From positions 9,883 through 73,882 of the forward strand of contig DBFSDV010000002.1 in the NCBI GenBank assembly GCA_048417135.1: DNA of 64,000 nucleotides. The letters are read 5' to 3'. Positions 1 to 10,669 of the stretch are shown one piece after another (within the stretch, counting starts at the first letter, position 1; each line of letters starts with the position of its first letter). A program made the translations under genes and the position numbers. This stretch comes from Candidatus Limivicinus sp. GTDB taxonomy: Bacteria; Bacillota; Clostridia; Oscillospirales; Oscillospiraceae. The notes below the pieces were generated by a model. That model saw nothing but the letters and a program-made list of their open reading frames with translations, did not search any database and had not been told where the DNA came from.

Positions 1-1500
1 GGGGAGGCCCAGAGCCCTGTACATTGCCGTTGCTGCGGTGGCGAAGTGGACGCAGTAACCCTCGGTGGCCTGGGTGAGAAAGTAGAGTGCATAGTCGTCG
101 GAAGGGTAGGGCTGGGTGTCTATATTATAAGGGCAGCGGCTGCGCACATATTCCGCCACCAGGGAAACTGTCTCATAGACATTGTCCCCGGAGAGGGAAT
201 TCTGCTCGGCGATATCCTGAAGAGCGGCCCGGGTGCTGTCCGGCAGGGCGAGGTAGTTGGCGTACACGAACTGCCGGTAGGACAGTTCCTGGTCTTTAAG
301 CTCCGAGGGCAGGGACAGAGAACCGTAACCGGAGTCAAAGCTGTAAAAGCTCAGGCTGTACTCTTCCTCGCCGCCGCTGATGTAGGAGTCATTGTCGTAA
401 TCCAGGGTGCAGTAATAAGGTACGTACTTTTTATCGCTGTCTATGCTGGAGAGGCTGATGTCCATGGAGACCTCAGCGGCCAGTCCTGAGGCCGCCACGG
501 CACGGGCGGAAAAAGCGGGTATACTGTCCCCGGGGTAGTCCGGGGCCTGGCCCCAGCCGGTGCCGGTATAGGCGCCGAAGGAGCAGCTTCTCAAATAGAA
601 ATATCCGCTCTCGCCAGACTTTACATACATGAGTACCTGCTGCATGGCGGAGGAGCTGGGGGCGGAAGAGATGTCCAGGGACTCCCCGTCTATATTCAGC
701 TGCTCGTCCAGAGCGTCGTAAGCCTCGTCCTCTCCGGACTCGCCAGGTGAACGCTCGTTCACCAACACGCTGTCGCCCTCACGCAGTGAAGAGGTGAGCT
801 CCTGGGTGAAGTTCTGGGCCAGCTCCACCAGGCTCAGCCGCTGCTCCTCGTAGCTGTAGTTGTCCGGGTTTTTAAACAGCAGTATCAGGCTGAGCACCAG
901 GGCCACGGGGAGCACCAGCAGGAGAAAGCTCTTGCCTGCGTTGCCCTCCGGGGCGTATATGCGCCCGGTGGCCAGCAGGAGAAAGACAAAGGCGCAGAGA
1001 CAGAGCATCACCCAGCCGGGCATGAGGCCATAGACCAGAAGGCAGAGGAAAACTGCTGGCAGGCATATGAGCAGGGGCAGGAAGATACGGTCCTCCCGGG
1101 AGTTCAAGGTCAGGCCCATGAGGGCGGAGAGGACGAAGCCCACGAAGAACATGGCCTCCGTGTGGCTGATGTCTGCGCCGTTATACACATAGCCGGAGGC
1201 CACGAAGCGGTTGTAGTAGGTCACGGCCATCCTGTTGGCGATGTCCTCAAACTGCAGGGCCAGCAGCTCGCTGCGGCCCTGATAGAAGAGCAGGGCCAGG
1301 GCCAGGCAGATTAGGATGCCCGGCAGGGAAAAGCGCCAGAAGCTGAACATGAGCCAGCAGAAGAGCACCGCCACGATGAGGAAGATGGGCAGGCGCTGGT
1401 CGGCGCTGAGGGAAAAGCTGTACATTATGAGATGCACGATGGGGATGACCGACAGGAGCATCAGAAAGAGGGTGGACAGGCTGTTTAGGAATTTGTTCAA
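1..1500 (-). CDS. transglutaminase-like membrane protein (N-terminal ~500 aa; continues beyond window start)
   Basis: My own minus-strand translation is open from TTG 1500 (or ATG 1461) to position 1. It has a multi-TM N-terminus (LNKFLNSLSTLFLMLLSVIPIVHLIM...) and ends in the transglutaminase core motif ...TEGYCVHFATAATAMYRALGLP. Its start overlaps the DUF58 stop. The order matches B. subtilis yeaC-yeaD-yebA. It is absent from the ORF track because no stop lies in the window. Confidence 0.7.
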   Translation of the reverse strand, partial: MNKFLNSLSTLFLMLLSVIPIVHLIMYSFSLSADQRLPIFLIVAVLFCWLMFSFWRFSLPGILICLALALLFYQGRSELLALQFEDIANRMAVTYYNRFVASGYVYNGADISHTEAMFFVGFVLSALMGLTLNSREDRIFLPLLICLPAVFLCLLVYGLMPGWVMLCLCAFVFLLLATGRIYAPEGNAGKSFLLLVLPVALVLSLILLFKNPDNYSYEEQRLSLVELAQNFTQELTSSLREGDSVLVNERSPGESGEDEAYDALDEQLNIDGESLDISSAPSSSAMQQVLMYVKSGESGYFYLRSCSFGAYTGTGWGQAPDYPGDSIPAFSARAVAASGLAAEVSMDISLSSIDSDKKYVPYYCTLDYDNDSYISGGEEEYSLSFYSFDSGYGSLSLPSELKDQELSYRQFVYANYLALPDSTRAALQDIAEQNSLSGDNVYETVSLVAEYVRSRCPYNIDTQPYPSDDYALYFLTQATEGYCVHFATAATAMYRALGLP

Positions 1501-2435
1501 TGCCAGCGCACCTCCCCGTTTTCCAGGTCAAAGACCCGGCCAAAGCTGCCGCTGAGATTGGGGCACTTGGCCCGGGGCAGGGACAGGAGCTGGAGCATGG
1601 CTCTGCGGCAGTCGGTCTCGTTGCTCACCTGAGCGGAGGCGCTGCCGAAATATATGACGTGCTCGATGTTCCAGCTGCAAAGGCGCAGGGACAGCCAGTA
1701 CAGGTGGGAAAGGTCCAGCTCTCCCGTGGTGTGCAGCAGCACGGCGGTGCTGCTCTCTATAGGCTCCATAGGCTCCCGGACTATCAGCTCGTCGGTCTTG
1801 GAGCTGAGCTTCCAGTGGATGGAGTTTATATTGTCCCCGGGTCGGTATTCCCTCAGCTCGTGCTCCTCGGAGTAGCCTCCGCCGGGCTTCGGCCGGTAGT
1901 TCTGGCTCACCGGGGGCAGGGACTCCAGGCTGGCCATGTTCTCCGGGGCCTTGGGCCGGGGCATGACGGTGCACTTGGCCTGCCACTGCCTTTTAGGCCG
2001 CAGCTTCAGCAGGCCCAGATAGCTGCCCAGCTCTTCATCCTCCAGGGAGCACAGCAGCGTGCCGCTGGAAGAGGTGGGCAGACTGATCATACTGTCGCTG
2101 TCGGCCAGCAGGCCGTAGCTCATGGGGTAGCTGCTGCTCTCCCCGGTGAAGAGGTTGACCACATTGACGGTGAAGCTGCACCGGCGCACCGGCAGCAGCC
2201 GCCGGTTGGAGAATTTAATACTCAGCTCGCCCCGTTCGCCCAGGTTCACCCGCTCCGGCACCCGGCAGCTTATGCGCAGGGAGAGCATGGCGGGCAGGGA
2301 CAGCAGGGTGAGCACCGGGGGCAGGATTATCACCGCCCAGAGCAGATAGCCGCCGAACCAGCCCACATAGGTGAGGCTGAAGAGATAGGCCAAGCCGCAT
2401 AAAAAGAGATACAGAAAAAAGTTTAAAGTCACCAT
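1497..2435 (-). CDS. DUF58 domain protein (vWA-like, MoxR partner)
   Basis: 312 aa with two N-terminal TM helices and the DUF58 signature ...EHELREYRPGDNINSIHWKLSSKTDELIVREPMEP. It lies 3 nt downstream of the MoxR gene. Confidence 0.8.
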   Translation of the reverse strand: MVTLNFFLYLFLCGLAYLFSLTYVGWFGGYLLWAVIILPPVLTLLSLPAMLSLRISCRVPERVNLGERGELSIKFSNRRLLPVRRCSFTVNVVNLFTGESSSYPMSYGLLADSDSMISLPTSSSGTLLCSLEDEELGSYLGLLKLRPKRQWQAKCTVMPRPKAPENMASLESLPPVSQNYRPKPGGGYSEEHELREYRPGDNINSIHWKLSSKTDELIVREPMEPIESSTAVLLHTTGELDLSHLYWLSLRLCSWNIEHVIYFGSASAQVSNETDCRRAMLQLLSLPRAKCPNLSGSFGRVFDLENGEVRWH

Positions 2436-2437
2436 AG

Positions 2438-3382
2438 TTATCGGATTTCCGGAGCCCTCACCGAGGCGAAGAGCTCCTCCACCACGGAGCGCTGCTTGCG
2501 GAAGGACAGGTTGTCGCTGGCCCAGATCAATCTGTGCTGGACGGAATCGTCAAAGACGAAGCGTATGTCCGAGGGCACCACATAGTCCCGGCCCTGTATC
2601 CAGGCGGCGGCCTTGGCCAGGGCGGTGAGGGAGAGGGCGGCTCTGGGGCTGGCCCCCTGGAGTATCCGGGAGTCGTTGCGGGTGGCGGTGCAGAGCTTGA
2701 CGATGTAGTCGATAAGGCTGTCTTTTATATACACCTGCTCCGTCTCGGCGCAGATGCCGATAAGCTCCTGACGGCTGACCACCTGCTGCACCTGCTCCAG
2801 ACTGATGCCCTGCTGCTTGCGGCGTATCATCTCCGCCTCGGCCTCCGGGTCAGGGTAGCCCATGCTGAGGCGTATCATGAACCGGTCCAGCTGGGAGTCG
2901 GGCAGCATTTGGGTGCCCTTGGCGCCGATGGGGTTCTGGGTGGCTATGACCATGAAGGGCTGGGGCACGGGATAGGTGACGTTGTCCACCGTGACCTCGC
3001 CCTCCTCCATGGCCTGCAAAAGGGCGGCCTGGGTGCGGCTGGTGGCCCGGTTCAGCTCGTCGGCCAGGAAGAGGTTGCAGAGTATGGCCCCCCGCTGGTA
3101 AGTCATTTTGCCGGTGTTCTTGTCATATATGGAGAAGCCGGTGATGTCCGAAGGCAGCACGTCCGGGGTGAACTGGACACGGTTGTAGTCCAGGCCCAGG
3201 GCCCGGGAGAAGGCCAGGGCCATTGTGGTCTTGCCCACGCCGGGGATGTCTTCCATGAGGATGTGGCCCCGGGCCAGAATGGCCAGGAGCATCTTGATGA
3301 TGACCTCGTCCTTGCCCACGATGACCTTGCCAACCTCGTATACTATCTGCTTTGCGCTGCCGATGGAATTTATCGTCTTCAT
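2438..3382 (-). CDS. MoxR-family AAA+ ATPase
   Basis: 314 aa with Walker A GVGKT, LFLADELNRA (Walker B) and VIATQNP..G...LP..QLDRF, a typical MoxR/YeaC pattern. Confidence 0.9.
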   Translation of the reverse strand: MKTINSIGSAKQIVYEVGKVIVGKDEVIIKMLLAILARGHILMEDIPGVGKTTMALAFSRALGLDYNRVQFTPDVLPSDITGFSIYDKNTGKMTYQRGAILCNLFLADELNRATSRTQAALLQAMEEGEVTVDNVTYPVPQPFMVIATQNPIGAKGTQMLPDSQLDRFMIRLSMGYPDPEAEAEMIRRKQQGISLEQVQQVVSRQELIGICAETEQVYIKDSLIDYIVKLCTATRNDSRILQGASPRAALSLTALAKAAAWIQGRDYVVPSDIRFVFDDSVQHRLIWASDNLSFRKQRSVVEELFASVRAPEIR

Positions 3383-3484
3383 AATTCTCTCCGTCTTTCC
3401 TTAATTATTATGATTATATCATGGCGGCAGGGCTCCTTCAAGCGGCTAATTCCTTAATAAAAACTTCATAAGCCCATGCCGCTC

Positions 3485-3513
3485 TTGTGATAAGCGGATA
3501 TGCGTGGTATAAT
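3485..3513 (+). promoter_or_regulatory. sigma-A type promoter for uvrB (TTGTGA-17-TATAAT)
   Basis: Hexamers lie at 3485-3490 and 3508-3513 with a 17-nt spacer. The promoter sits inside the N-terminal extension of the ORF-track uvrB ORF, which argues for the ATG at 3586. Confidence 0.5.
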
Positions 3514-3585
3514 AAAAATTCAGCGGAGAAGCTTTCTGAGATGCCGCTGAGCCTTCCAAAGCCGAGTGTTCCAAAGGAGATTTTT

Positions 3586-5553
3586 ATGGACAGCTTCAAA
3601 CTCGTTTCCCAGTTTCAGGCCACCGGCGATCAGCCGGAGGCCATAGATGCTCTGGTTTCCGGGATAGAAAACGGCATCGACGAGCAGGTGCTGCTGGGCG
3701 TCACCGGCTCCGGCAAGACCTTCACCATGGCAAACGTCATCGCCAGGCTGAACCGGCCCACCCTGGTGCTGGCCCACAACAAGACCCTGGCGGCCCAGCT
3801 GTGCAGCGAGTTTCGGGAGTTCTTCCCGGAAAACGCCGTGGAGTACTTTGTCTCCTATTACGACTATTACCAGCCTGAGGCCTATATAGCCCATACCGAC
3901 ACCTTCATCGAGAAGGACTGCTCCATCAACGACGAGATAGAGCGGCTGCGCCACAGCGCCACCTCCAGCCTCTTTGAGAGAAGAGACGTAATTGTGGTGG
4001 CTTCTGTTTCATGTATTTACGGCCTGGGCGACCCTATCGACTATGCAAACATGGTCATCTCCCTGCGCCAGGGCCAGACCCGGGACTTTGACCAGCTTCT
4101 GAGAAAGCTCCTGGAGATACGCTACGAGCGCAATGACATCGCCTTCGAGCGGAACATGTTCCGCGTCCGGGGGGACACCCTGGAGATCTTCCCCGCCTAC
4201 TCCAACGACAAGGCCATAAGGGTGGAGTTCTTCGGGGACGAGATAGACCGGATAAGCGAGATAAACGTGGTGACAGGGGAGCCAACCCGCTATCTCAGCC
4301 ATGTGGCCATATACCCCGCCAGCCACTACGTCACCACCAAGGAGAAGATGGCCTCCGCAATAGAGCGCATACGGGCGGAATGTGATGAGCGGGTGAAATA
4401 CTTCCAGGACAACAACCGGCTCATAGAGGCCCAGCGCATAAAGCAGCGCACGGACTACGATATAGAGATGATGCAGGAGCTGGGCTACTGCACCGGCATA
4501 GAGAACTACTCCCGGGTGATATCCGACCGGGCCCCCGGCAGCCCGCCCATGACCTTGCTGGACTATTTCCCCAAGGACTTTCTGCTCTTCGTGGACGAGA
4601 GCCACGTGACCTTGCCCCAGGTGCGGGCCATGTACCGGGGGGACAGGGCCAGAAAGGAGTCACTGGTGGAATACGGCTTCCGCCTGCCCTCGGCCTTTGA
4701 CAACAGACCCTTGAAGTTTGAAGAGTTTACTGAGAGGATACACCAGCGGGTGTACGTCTCCGCCACTCCCGGGGACTATGAGAGGGAGCGGGCCGGCCAG
4801 GTAGTGGAGCAGATAATCCGCCCCACGGGCCTGCTGGACCCGGAGATCTTCGTGCGCCCGGTGGAGGGGCAGATAGACGACCTCATCGGGGAGATAAACG
4901 GCCGCATAGCCAAGGGCCAGCGCAGCCTGGTCACCACCCTCACCAAGAAGATGGCGGAGGACCTCACCGACTACTTGTCCAACTCCGGCATACGCTGCCG
5001 CTACATGCACCACGACATCGGCACCATAGAGCGCATGGAGATAATCCGGGACCTGCGTCTAGGAGAGTTCGACGTGCTGGTGGGCATAAACCTGCTGAGA
5101 GAGGGCCTGGACATCCCGGAGGTGGGCCTGGTGGCCATACTGGATGCGGACAAGGAGGGCTTCTTGAGAAGCGAGACCAGCCTCATCCAGACCGTGGGCC
5201 GGGCCGCAAGAAATGCGGAGAGCCAGGTGATAATGTACGCCGACACCGTGACCCCCTCCATGCGTGCCTGCATAAACGAGACCGCCCGGCGCCGGGAGAA
5301 GCAGATGGCCTATAACCAGGCCCACGGCATCGTGCCCAAGACCATAGTCAAGAGCGTGCGGGACCTTATCGAGATATCTACGGACACCAGGCCCGCCGCC
5401 CGCCGGAGCGACGGCACCAAGCTCACGGAGCGGGAGCGGAAAGAGCTCATCGCCAGCCTGGAGGACAAGATGCGCAAGGCGGCAAAGATGCTGGAATACG
5501 AGATCGCCGCAGAACTGCGGGACGAGATAATCCGCCTGCGGGGCGAGAAGTGA
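3586..5553 (+). CDS. uvrB: excinuclease ABC subunit B
   Basis: [24 protein letters not shown]..., [15 protein letters not shown], and a C-terminal UVR motif ([17 protein letters not shown]). The SD AAAGGAG lies upstream of ATG 3586. Confidence 0.95.
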   Translation: MDSFKLVSQFQATGDQPEAIDALVSGIENGIDEQVLLGVTGSGKTFTMANVIARLNRPTLVLAHNKTLAAQLCSEFREFFPENAVEYFVSYYDYYQPEAYIAHTDTFIEKDCSINDEIERLRHSATSSLFERRDVIVVASVSCIYGLGDPIDYANMVISLRQGQTRDFDQLLRKLLEIRYERNDIAFERNMFRVRGDTLEIFPAYSNDKAIRVEFFGDEIDRISEINVVTGEPTRYLSHVAIYPASHYVTTKEKMASAIERIRAECDERVKYFQDNNRLIEAQRIKQRTDYDIEMMQELGYCTGIENYSRVISDRAPGSPPMTLLDYFPKDFLLFVDESHVTLPQVRAMYRGDRARKESLVEYGFRLPSAFDNRPLKFEEFTERIHQRVYVSATPGDYERERAGQVVEQIIRPTGLLDPEIFVRPVEGQIDDLIGEINGRIAKGQRSLVTTLTKKMAEDLTDYLSNSGIRCRYMHHDIGTIERMEIIRDLRLGEFDVLVGINLLREGLDIPEVGLVAILDADKEGFLRSETSLIQTVGRAARNAESQVIMYADTVTPSMRACINETARRREKQMAYNQAHGIVPKTIVKSVRDLIEISTDTRPAARRSDGTKLTERERKELIASLEDKMRKAAKMLEYEIAAELRDEIIRLRGEK

Positions 5554-5565
5554 GGTTTAAGGCAA

Positions 5566-8127
5566 ATGAAGCTAATGATATTGGACGGCAACAGCATAGT
5601 GAACCGGGCTTTTTACGGGGTGCGCATCCTCAACGCCCCGGACGGCAGGCCCACCAATGCGGTGTACGGCTTTATCGCCATATTGCAGAAGCTCCTGGAG
5701 GAGCAGAAGCCGGAGGCGGTCTGCGTCAGTTTTGACCTGAAAGCCCCCACCTTTCGCCATAAGGAGTACGAGGGCTACAAGGCCCAGCGTAAGGCCATGC
5801 CCGAGGAGCTGGCGGAGCAGATACCCATGCTGAAGGACACCCTGGACGCCATGGGCATACGCCGCTACGAGCTGGAGGGCTACGAGGCGGACGATATCCT
5901 GGGCACCGCCGCCGCCATATGCGAGAGAAATGGCTGGGACTGCGTCATCGTCACCGGGGACAAGGACAGCCTGCAGCTCATAAGCGACACCACCAGCGTC
6001 TGCAACGTGAAGACCCGCATGGGCCAGACCGAGACTATAGTCTATACTCCGGAGCGCTTTAGGGAGGAATACGGCTTTGAGCCGAAATTGATGGTGGACC
6101 TGAAGGCCCTGATGGGGGACAGCTCGGACAATATCCCCGGCGTCCCCGGCGTGGGGGAAAAGACCGCCATGGCCCTGGTGCAAAATTACGGGACCATAGA
6201 GAATATTTACGCGAACCTGGACAGCCTGGACGTGAAGGACGGCGTGAAGAAGAAGCTGGCCCAGGGGAAGGACAGCGCGGAGAAGTCCTACTGGCTGGCC
6301 ACCATAGTCCGGGACATACCTCTGAAATTTAAACCGGAGGAGAACCTTTGGAACAGAGATTATACCCCGAGGCTCTATCAGGTATTCAAGAGCCTGGGCT
6401 TCAATAAATTCATAGAGAAGTGGGGCCTGGAGCCTGGGGAGAGCGCAGCGCCGGCTTCTGCGGATACAAAGGGCCCGGAACACTGCGCCATTATGACGGC
6501 GGAGGAGACGGAAGCGCTCATCGCCGCCGTGATGTCCGCCCCCTGGATTGCGGTGTACAGTCAGGAGGGGCTGGACAGTATTGAGATATGCGACGGGGAA
6601 AAGCTCTATCAGGCGGCCTGGAACCGCTGCGGGGAGAGCTATGACCGGCTGCTGAAAGCGGTCTTCTCTCCGGAGGTGAAGAAGGCGGGCCACAATGTGA
6701 AGGACCTTATGGGCCTGCTTATGAAGGAGGGCCTGTCCACCGAGGGCTTCGTGTTCGACACGGCCCTGGCGGCCTACCTGCTGGAGGCCACGGAGAGCGA
6801 CTATGCCCCGGAGCGCATAAGCGTGAGATACGCCGGCCGGGAGCTGAGCGGTGCCGAGGCAGTCTGGGCCCTGTACCCCATACTGGACGCCAAAATGAAG
6901 GAGCTGGGCATGGAGGAGCTCTATTATAAAATAGAGCTGCCCCTGTGCACGGTGCTCTCGGAGATGGAGCGCTCCGGCTTCTATGTGGACAGGCAGGCCC
7001 TCTACAACTTTGGGGAGAGCCTGAACGCCGGGATAAACGCTTTGCAGGAGAGTATATGGGGCCATGCGGGCCATGAGTTCAACATCAATTCCCCCAAGCA
7101 GCTGGGGACCGTGCTCTTTGAGGAGCTGATGCTGCCCTACGGGAAGAAGACCAAGACCGGCTGGAGCACCAATGCGGACGTGCTGGAAAAGCTCCAGGAC
7201 AAGCACCCCATAGTCAAAGAGGTGCTGGACTACCGCATGCTCACGAAGCTGAAATCCACCTATGCCGAGGGGCTTTTGAAAGTCATCAGCCAGGACGGGC
7301 GCATACACACCAGCTTCCAGATGACGGTGACCGCCACCGGCCGCCTGTCCTCCACGGAGCCGAACCTCCAGAACATCCCGGTGAGGAAGGAGCTGGGGGC
7401 CCAGATACGCAACATGTTCGTGGCGGCTCCGGGGATGATGCTGGTGGACGCGGACTACAGCCAGATAGAGCTCAGGCTCCTGGCCCATATCTCCGGGGAC
7501 GAGAACATGAGGGAGGCCTTTCTCAGCGGGGAGGACTTCCACAGAGTCACCGCCGCCAAGGTCTTCGGCGTACCGGTGGAGCAGGTGACCCCCACCCTGA
7601 GGAGCCGGGCCAAGGCGGTGAACTTCGGCATAGTCTACGGCATCTCCGCCTTCTCCCTGGCCCAGGACATCGGGGTTTACACCAACGAGGCCAAGGCCTA
7701 TATGGACGCCTATCTGGAGAGATACCACGGCGTCAGGGACTATATGAAGAATATAGTGGAGAGCGCCAAGGAAAAAGGCTATGTCTCCACCATCTACGGC
7801 CGGCGGCGCTACCTGCCGGAGCTGAAAAGCTCAAACTTCAACATGCGCAGCTTCGGGGAGCGGGTGGCTCTGAACATGCCGGTGCAGGGGACTGCGGCGG
7901 ACATCATAAAGCTCGCCATGGTGAACGTGCACCGGCGGCTGAAGGAGACGGGGCTGAAGGCTCGGCTCATCCTCCAGGTCCACGACGAGCTTATTGTGGA
8001 GTGCCCCGGGGAAGAGGCGGAGCAGGTGCGGGATATCCTGACCGAGGAAATGGAGAACGCCGCACATCTCAGCGTTCCCCTGGTGGCGGAGGCCCACATA
8101 GGCCACAGCTGGGCGGAGGCCCACTGA
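5566..8127 (+). CDS. polA: DNA polymerase I
   Basis: 853 aa with a 5'-nuclease N-terminus (MILDGNSIVNRAFYG), pol motif A (DYSQIELRLLAH) and motif C (QVHDELIVE). Confidence 0.95.
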   Translation: MKLMILDGNSIVNRAFYGVRILNAPDGRPTNAVYGFIAILQKLLEEQKPEAVCVSFDLKAPTFRHKEYEGYKAQRKAMPEELAEQIPMLKDTLDAMGIRRYELEGYEADDILGTAAAICERNGWDCVIVTGDKDSLQLISDTTSVCNVKTRMGQTETIVYTPERFREEYGFEPKLMVDLKALMGDSSDNIPGVPGVGEKTAMALVQNYGTIENIYANLDSLDVKDGVKKKLAQGKDSAEKSYWLATIVRDIPLKFKPEENLWNRDYTPRLYQVFKSLGFNKFIEKWGLEPGESAAPASADTKGPEHCAIMTAEETEALIAAVMSAPWIAVYSQEGLDSIEICDGEKLYQAAWNRCGESYDRLLKAVFSPEVKKAGHNVKDLMGLLMKEGLSTEGFVFDTALAAYLLEATESDYAPERISVRYAGRELSGAEAVWALYPILDAKMKELGMEELYYKIELPLCTVLSEMERSGFYVDRQALYNFGESLNAGINALQESIWGHAGHEFNINSPKQLGTVLFEELMLPYGKKTKTGWSTNADVLEKLQDKHPIVKEVLDYRMLTKLKSTYAEGLLKVISQDGRIHTSFQMTVTATGRLSSTEPNLQNIPVRKELGAQIRNMFVAAPGMMLVDADYSQIELRLLAHISGDENMREAFLSGEDFHRVTAAKVFGVPVEQVTPTLRSRAKAVNFGIVYGISAFSLAQDIGVYTNEAKAYMDAYLERYHGVRDYMKNIVESAKEKGYVSTIYGRRRYLPELKSSNFNMRSFGERVALNMPVQGTAADIIKLAMVNVHRRLKETGLKARLILQVHDELIVECPGEEAEQVRDILTEEMENAAHLSVPLVAEAHIGHSWAEAH

Positions 8128-8128
8128 T

Positions 8129-8575
8129 ATGGCCCGGCGCATTGAAGACGTCCGGGAAGAGCAGCTGGAGCAGATAGAGGAGATAGAAAAGGCCTGCTTC
8201 TCCCTGCCCTGGACCCGGGAGCAGCTGAAAAGCCAGCTGAAGGACAGTCAGCACGAATTCATAGCCGCCCTGGACGGGGACGGACGGGTGCTGGGCTATG
8301 TGGGTATGATGCACGTGCTGGACGAGGGCTATATATCCAACGTGGCCGTGGCCCCGGAGGCCCGGCGGCAGGGGATAGGCCGGGGGCTTATTGAGGAGCT
8401 GATGGCCCGGGCGGCGGCTCTGGACCTGGCCTTCGTCACCCTGGAGGTGCGCTGCGGCAATGCCGCCGCCATTGCCCTGTATGAAGATCAGGGCTTCGTC
8501 CAGGTGGGAAGAAGAAAGAACTACTATGATTTTCCCCGGGAAGATGCTATACTAATGACACATTTTTTGAAATGA
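8129..8575 (+). CDS. rimI: ribosomal-protein-alanine N-acetyltransferase (GNAT)
   Basis: 148 aa with the GNAT motif VAVAPEARRQGIGRGLI. It lies immediately upstream of tsaD, as in the tsaB-rimI-tsaD clusters. Confidence 0.8.
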   Translation: MARRIEDVREEQLEQIEEIEKACFSLPWTREQLKSQLKDSQHEFIAALDGDGRVLGYVGMMHVLDEGYISNVAVAPEARRQGIGRGLIEELMARAAALDLAFVTLEVRCGNAAAIALYEDQGFVQVGRRKNYYDFPREDAILMTHFLK

Positions 8576-8585
8576 GGCGCAGCAT

Positions 8586-9587
8586 TTGAAAATACTTGCT
8601 TTTGAATCCACCTGCGACGAGACTGCCGTGGCGGTGGTCGAGGACGGCAGGAAGATACTTACCGACCAGATCTTTTCCCAGGCCCAGCTCCATGCAGTGT
8701 ACGGCGGAGTGGTGCCGGAGATAGCCTCCCGCTGCCATGTGGAGTCCATATCCCTATTGGCCCAGCGGGCCATAGAGGCGGCGGGCATCACCCGGCAGGA
8801 TATAGACGCCGTGGCCGTGTCCTACGCTCCGGGGCTCATCGGGGCGGTGCTGGTGGGCGTGAACTTTGCCAAGGCCTGCGCCCTGGCTTTGAAAGTTCCC
8901 CTTATACCGGTGCACCACATTCGGGGCCATATAGCCGCAAACTACCTGGTCTACCCGGAGCTGGAGCCGCCCTTCCTGTGCCTGGCCATATCCGGTGGCA
9001 ACACCATGCTGGTGGACGTGCGCGGCTATACGGACATGGAGATAATCGGCAGCACCAGGGACGATGCGGCGGGGGAATGCTTTGACAAAACGGCCAGGGT
9101 CCTGGGCCTGCCCTATCCCGGCGGAAAGCCAATAGACGAGCTGTCCCAGGGCGGGGACGACAGCCTTTACCATTTCCCCATCTCCCATGTAGAGGGCAAT
9201 CCCTACGACATGAGCTTTTCCGGGCTGAAGACTGCGGTCATCAATCTGGTGCACAATGCCCAGCAGAAGGGTGAGGAGCTGGACCGGAAGGGCCTTGCCG
9301 CCTCCTTTACCAAGGCTGTCAGCGACAGCCTGGTGCCCCGCACCATGATGGCTGCCGATAACCTGGGATATAAGAAGATAGTCGTGGCCGGAGGCGTGGC
9401 CGCAAACTCCAGGATAAGGGCGGACTTTACCTCCGCCGCAAAGGATAAGGGCTGCGAGCTGTTTATACCGCCTCTCAGGCTCTGCGGAGACAACGGGGCC
9501 ATGGTGGGCGCCCAGGCCTATTACGAGTACCTGGCGGGAGTCACCGCCGGCAGCGAGCTCAACGCCTACGCCACCATGGACATATAA
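8586..9587 (+). CDS. tsaD: tRNA N6-adenosine threonylcarbamoyltransferase
   Basis: 333 aa, MKILAFESTCDETAVAVV..., with HHIRGH and GGVAAN motifs. It uses a TTG start. Confidence 0.9.
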   Translation: MKILAFESTCDETAVAVVEDGRKILTDQIFSQAQLHAVYGGVVPEIASRCHVESISLLAQRAIEAAGITRQDIDAVAVSYAPGLIGAVLVGVNFAKACALALKVPLIPVHHIRGHIAANYLVYPELEPPFLCLAISGGNTMLVDVRGYTDMEIIGSTRDDAAGECFDKTARVLGLPYPGGKPIDELSQGGDDSLYHFPISHVEGNPYDMSFSGLKTAVINLVHNAQQKGEELDRKGLAASFTKAVSDSLVPRTMMAADNLGYKKIVVAGGVAANSRIRADFTSAAKDKGCELFIPPLRLCGDNGAMVGAQAYYEYLAGVTAGSELNAYATMDI

Positions 9588-9610
9588 AAACAGAGGACAG
9601 GGGATGCCGC

Positions 9611-10291
9611 ATGGGTGTTCACGACGGACACAGGGACAGACTAAAAAGCAGGTTCATTGAACATGGGCTGGACAGCTTCAACGAGCTCAATGCGCTGGAG
9701 CTGCTGCTTTTCTATGCCATTCCCCGGAAAGACACCAACGTGATGGCCCACGACCTGATAGACAGGTTCGGCAGCCTCGCCGGGGTCTTCGACGCAAGCA
9801 TGCGGGAGCTGACGCAGGTGCCGGGGATAGGCGAGAATGCGGCGCTCTTAATTAAGCTGGTGCCTCAGATGATGAAAAAGTGCCAGCTGTCCAGGGTCAA
9901 CGATATACGCATCTTCCGCAGCTCCAAAGAGCTGGGGCGCTTTCTCGTGCCCCGCTTTATGGACGAGCGGGACGAAGTGGCCCTGCTGCTGTGTCTGGAC
10001 AGCCGGAAGAGCCTCATCTGCTGCGAGCTGCTGAACCGGGGCGTGGTGAACGCCGTGGACATCACGGTGCGGCGGCTGGTGGAGCTGGCCTTGAAAAACA
10101 AGGCGGCCTCCCTGGTCCTGGCCCACAACCACCCGGAGGGCATAGTCCTTCCCTCCAGAGAGGACGAGGCATTTACCCGGAAGGCAAGAGAGGCTCTCAG
10201 GCTCATGGGCATGGAACTTCTGGACCATATTATTGTTGCCGGGGACAGGTATTTCTCCATGAGGGATTCCGGCCTCTTTATGAAATTCTGA
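9611..10291 (+). CDS. radC: RadC-family JAB/MPN domain protein
   Basis: 226 aa with a helix-hairpin-helix N-terminus (LTQVPGIGENAA) and the JAMM motif LAHNHPEG. Confidence 0.85.
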   Translation: MGVHDGHRDRLKSRFIEHGLDSFNELNALELLLFYAIPRKDTNVMAHDLIDRFGSLAGVFDASMRELTQVPGIGENAALLIKLVPQMMKKCQLSRVNDIRIFRSSKELGRFLVPRFMDERDEVALLLCLDSRKSLICCELLNRGVVNAVDITVRRLVELALKNKAASLVLAHNHPEGIVLPSREDEAFTRKAREALRLMGMELLDHIIVAGDRYFSMRDSGLFMKF

Positions 10292-10369
10292 AATAGCGTT
10301 ATGTCAACTATTTTTTGACTCCAAATTGTAAGGATTACCTTATACATACTTCGACGGCTTTCGTCAAAA

Positions 10370-10449
10370 TATTCTGCAAATAGGCTGTTTCAAGGCATTT
10401 CGGCATGTTGAAAATCATGTTGAAAATGTTGATAACTATTTGCAGAATA
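10370..10449. repeat. 14-bp inverted repeat (TATTCTGCAAATAG / CTATTTGCAGAATA) with a 52-nt loop
   Basis: The arms read directly at 10370-10383 and 10436-10449. They enclose the tandem repeat and the ATG of a 24-codon micro-ORF. Confidence 0.6.
10405..10428 (+). repeat. tandem 12-nt repeat ATGTTGAAAAT(C/G) x2
   Basis: Read directly: atgttgaaaatc atgttgaaaatg. Confidence 0.7.
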
Positions 10450-10640
10450 ATTATTTTCCGGCGTTATGTAACTTATTGAAATCCCTGTAATCACCGGGGC
10501 ATAAGTTGGAAAAATCCTGGAAAATCCGGTGGTTTTGCAACAAACATTGAAATTTGCAAACGGACCCGGAAGAGGCGATAGTTTCATTTGGTTTCCAAAT
10601 TATACGAAATGTTATATAAATCCGGGCGACAGCATTTGTG

Positions 10641-10669
10641 TTGACTTGACCGGGCTTATGTGTTAAAAT
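10641..10669 (+). promoter_or_regulatory. sigma-A promoter for tRNA-Thr (TTGACT-17-TAAAAT)
   Basis: Near-consensus hexamers with a 17-nt spacer, about 35 nt upstream of the tRNA 5' end. Confidence 0.6.

Noticed and set aside
46-489. Plus-strand ORFs at the window start (46-489, 87-299) and minus-strand ORFs 872-1066 and 1247-1543.
   Set aside because: They are shadow frames of the transglutaminase-like gene. That gene is open on the minus strand from ~1500 to position 1 and ends in the GYCVHFA motif.
3487-3585. A 33-codon N-terminal extension of uvrB in the ORF track. Similar extensions occur for ybaK (13220), mreB (19744), fmt (31034), the DUF3343 gene (22115), cdaR (24627), stp (34421) and fba (57729).
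   Set aside because: In each case an internal ATG with a proper SD matches the canonical protein N-terminus. For uvrB and the DUF3343 gene, a promoter or hairpin also lies inside the extension.
5572-7728. Long antisense or shadow ORFs opposite polA. The same phenomenon occurs at 13657-15378, 16804-18435, 19732-20787, 22545-23657, 37934-39460, 45776-47485, 56463-57656, 57732-58808 and 58853-60073, and in many shorter ORFs in the track.
   Set aside because: Each overlaps a gene with unambiguous family motifs on the other strand or frame. Their translations are compositionally biased (G/A/H/L/P/R) and have no recognisable domains.
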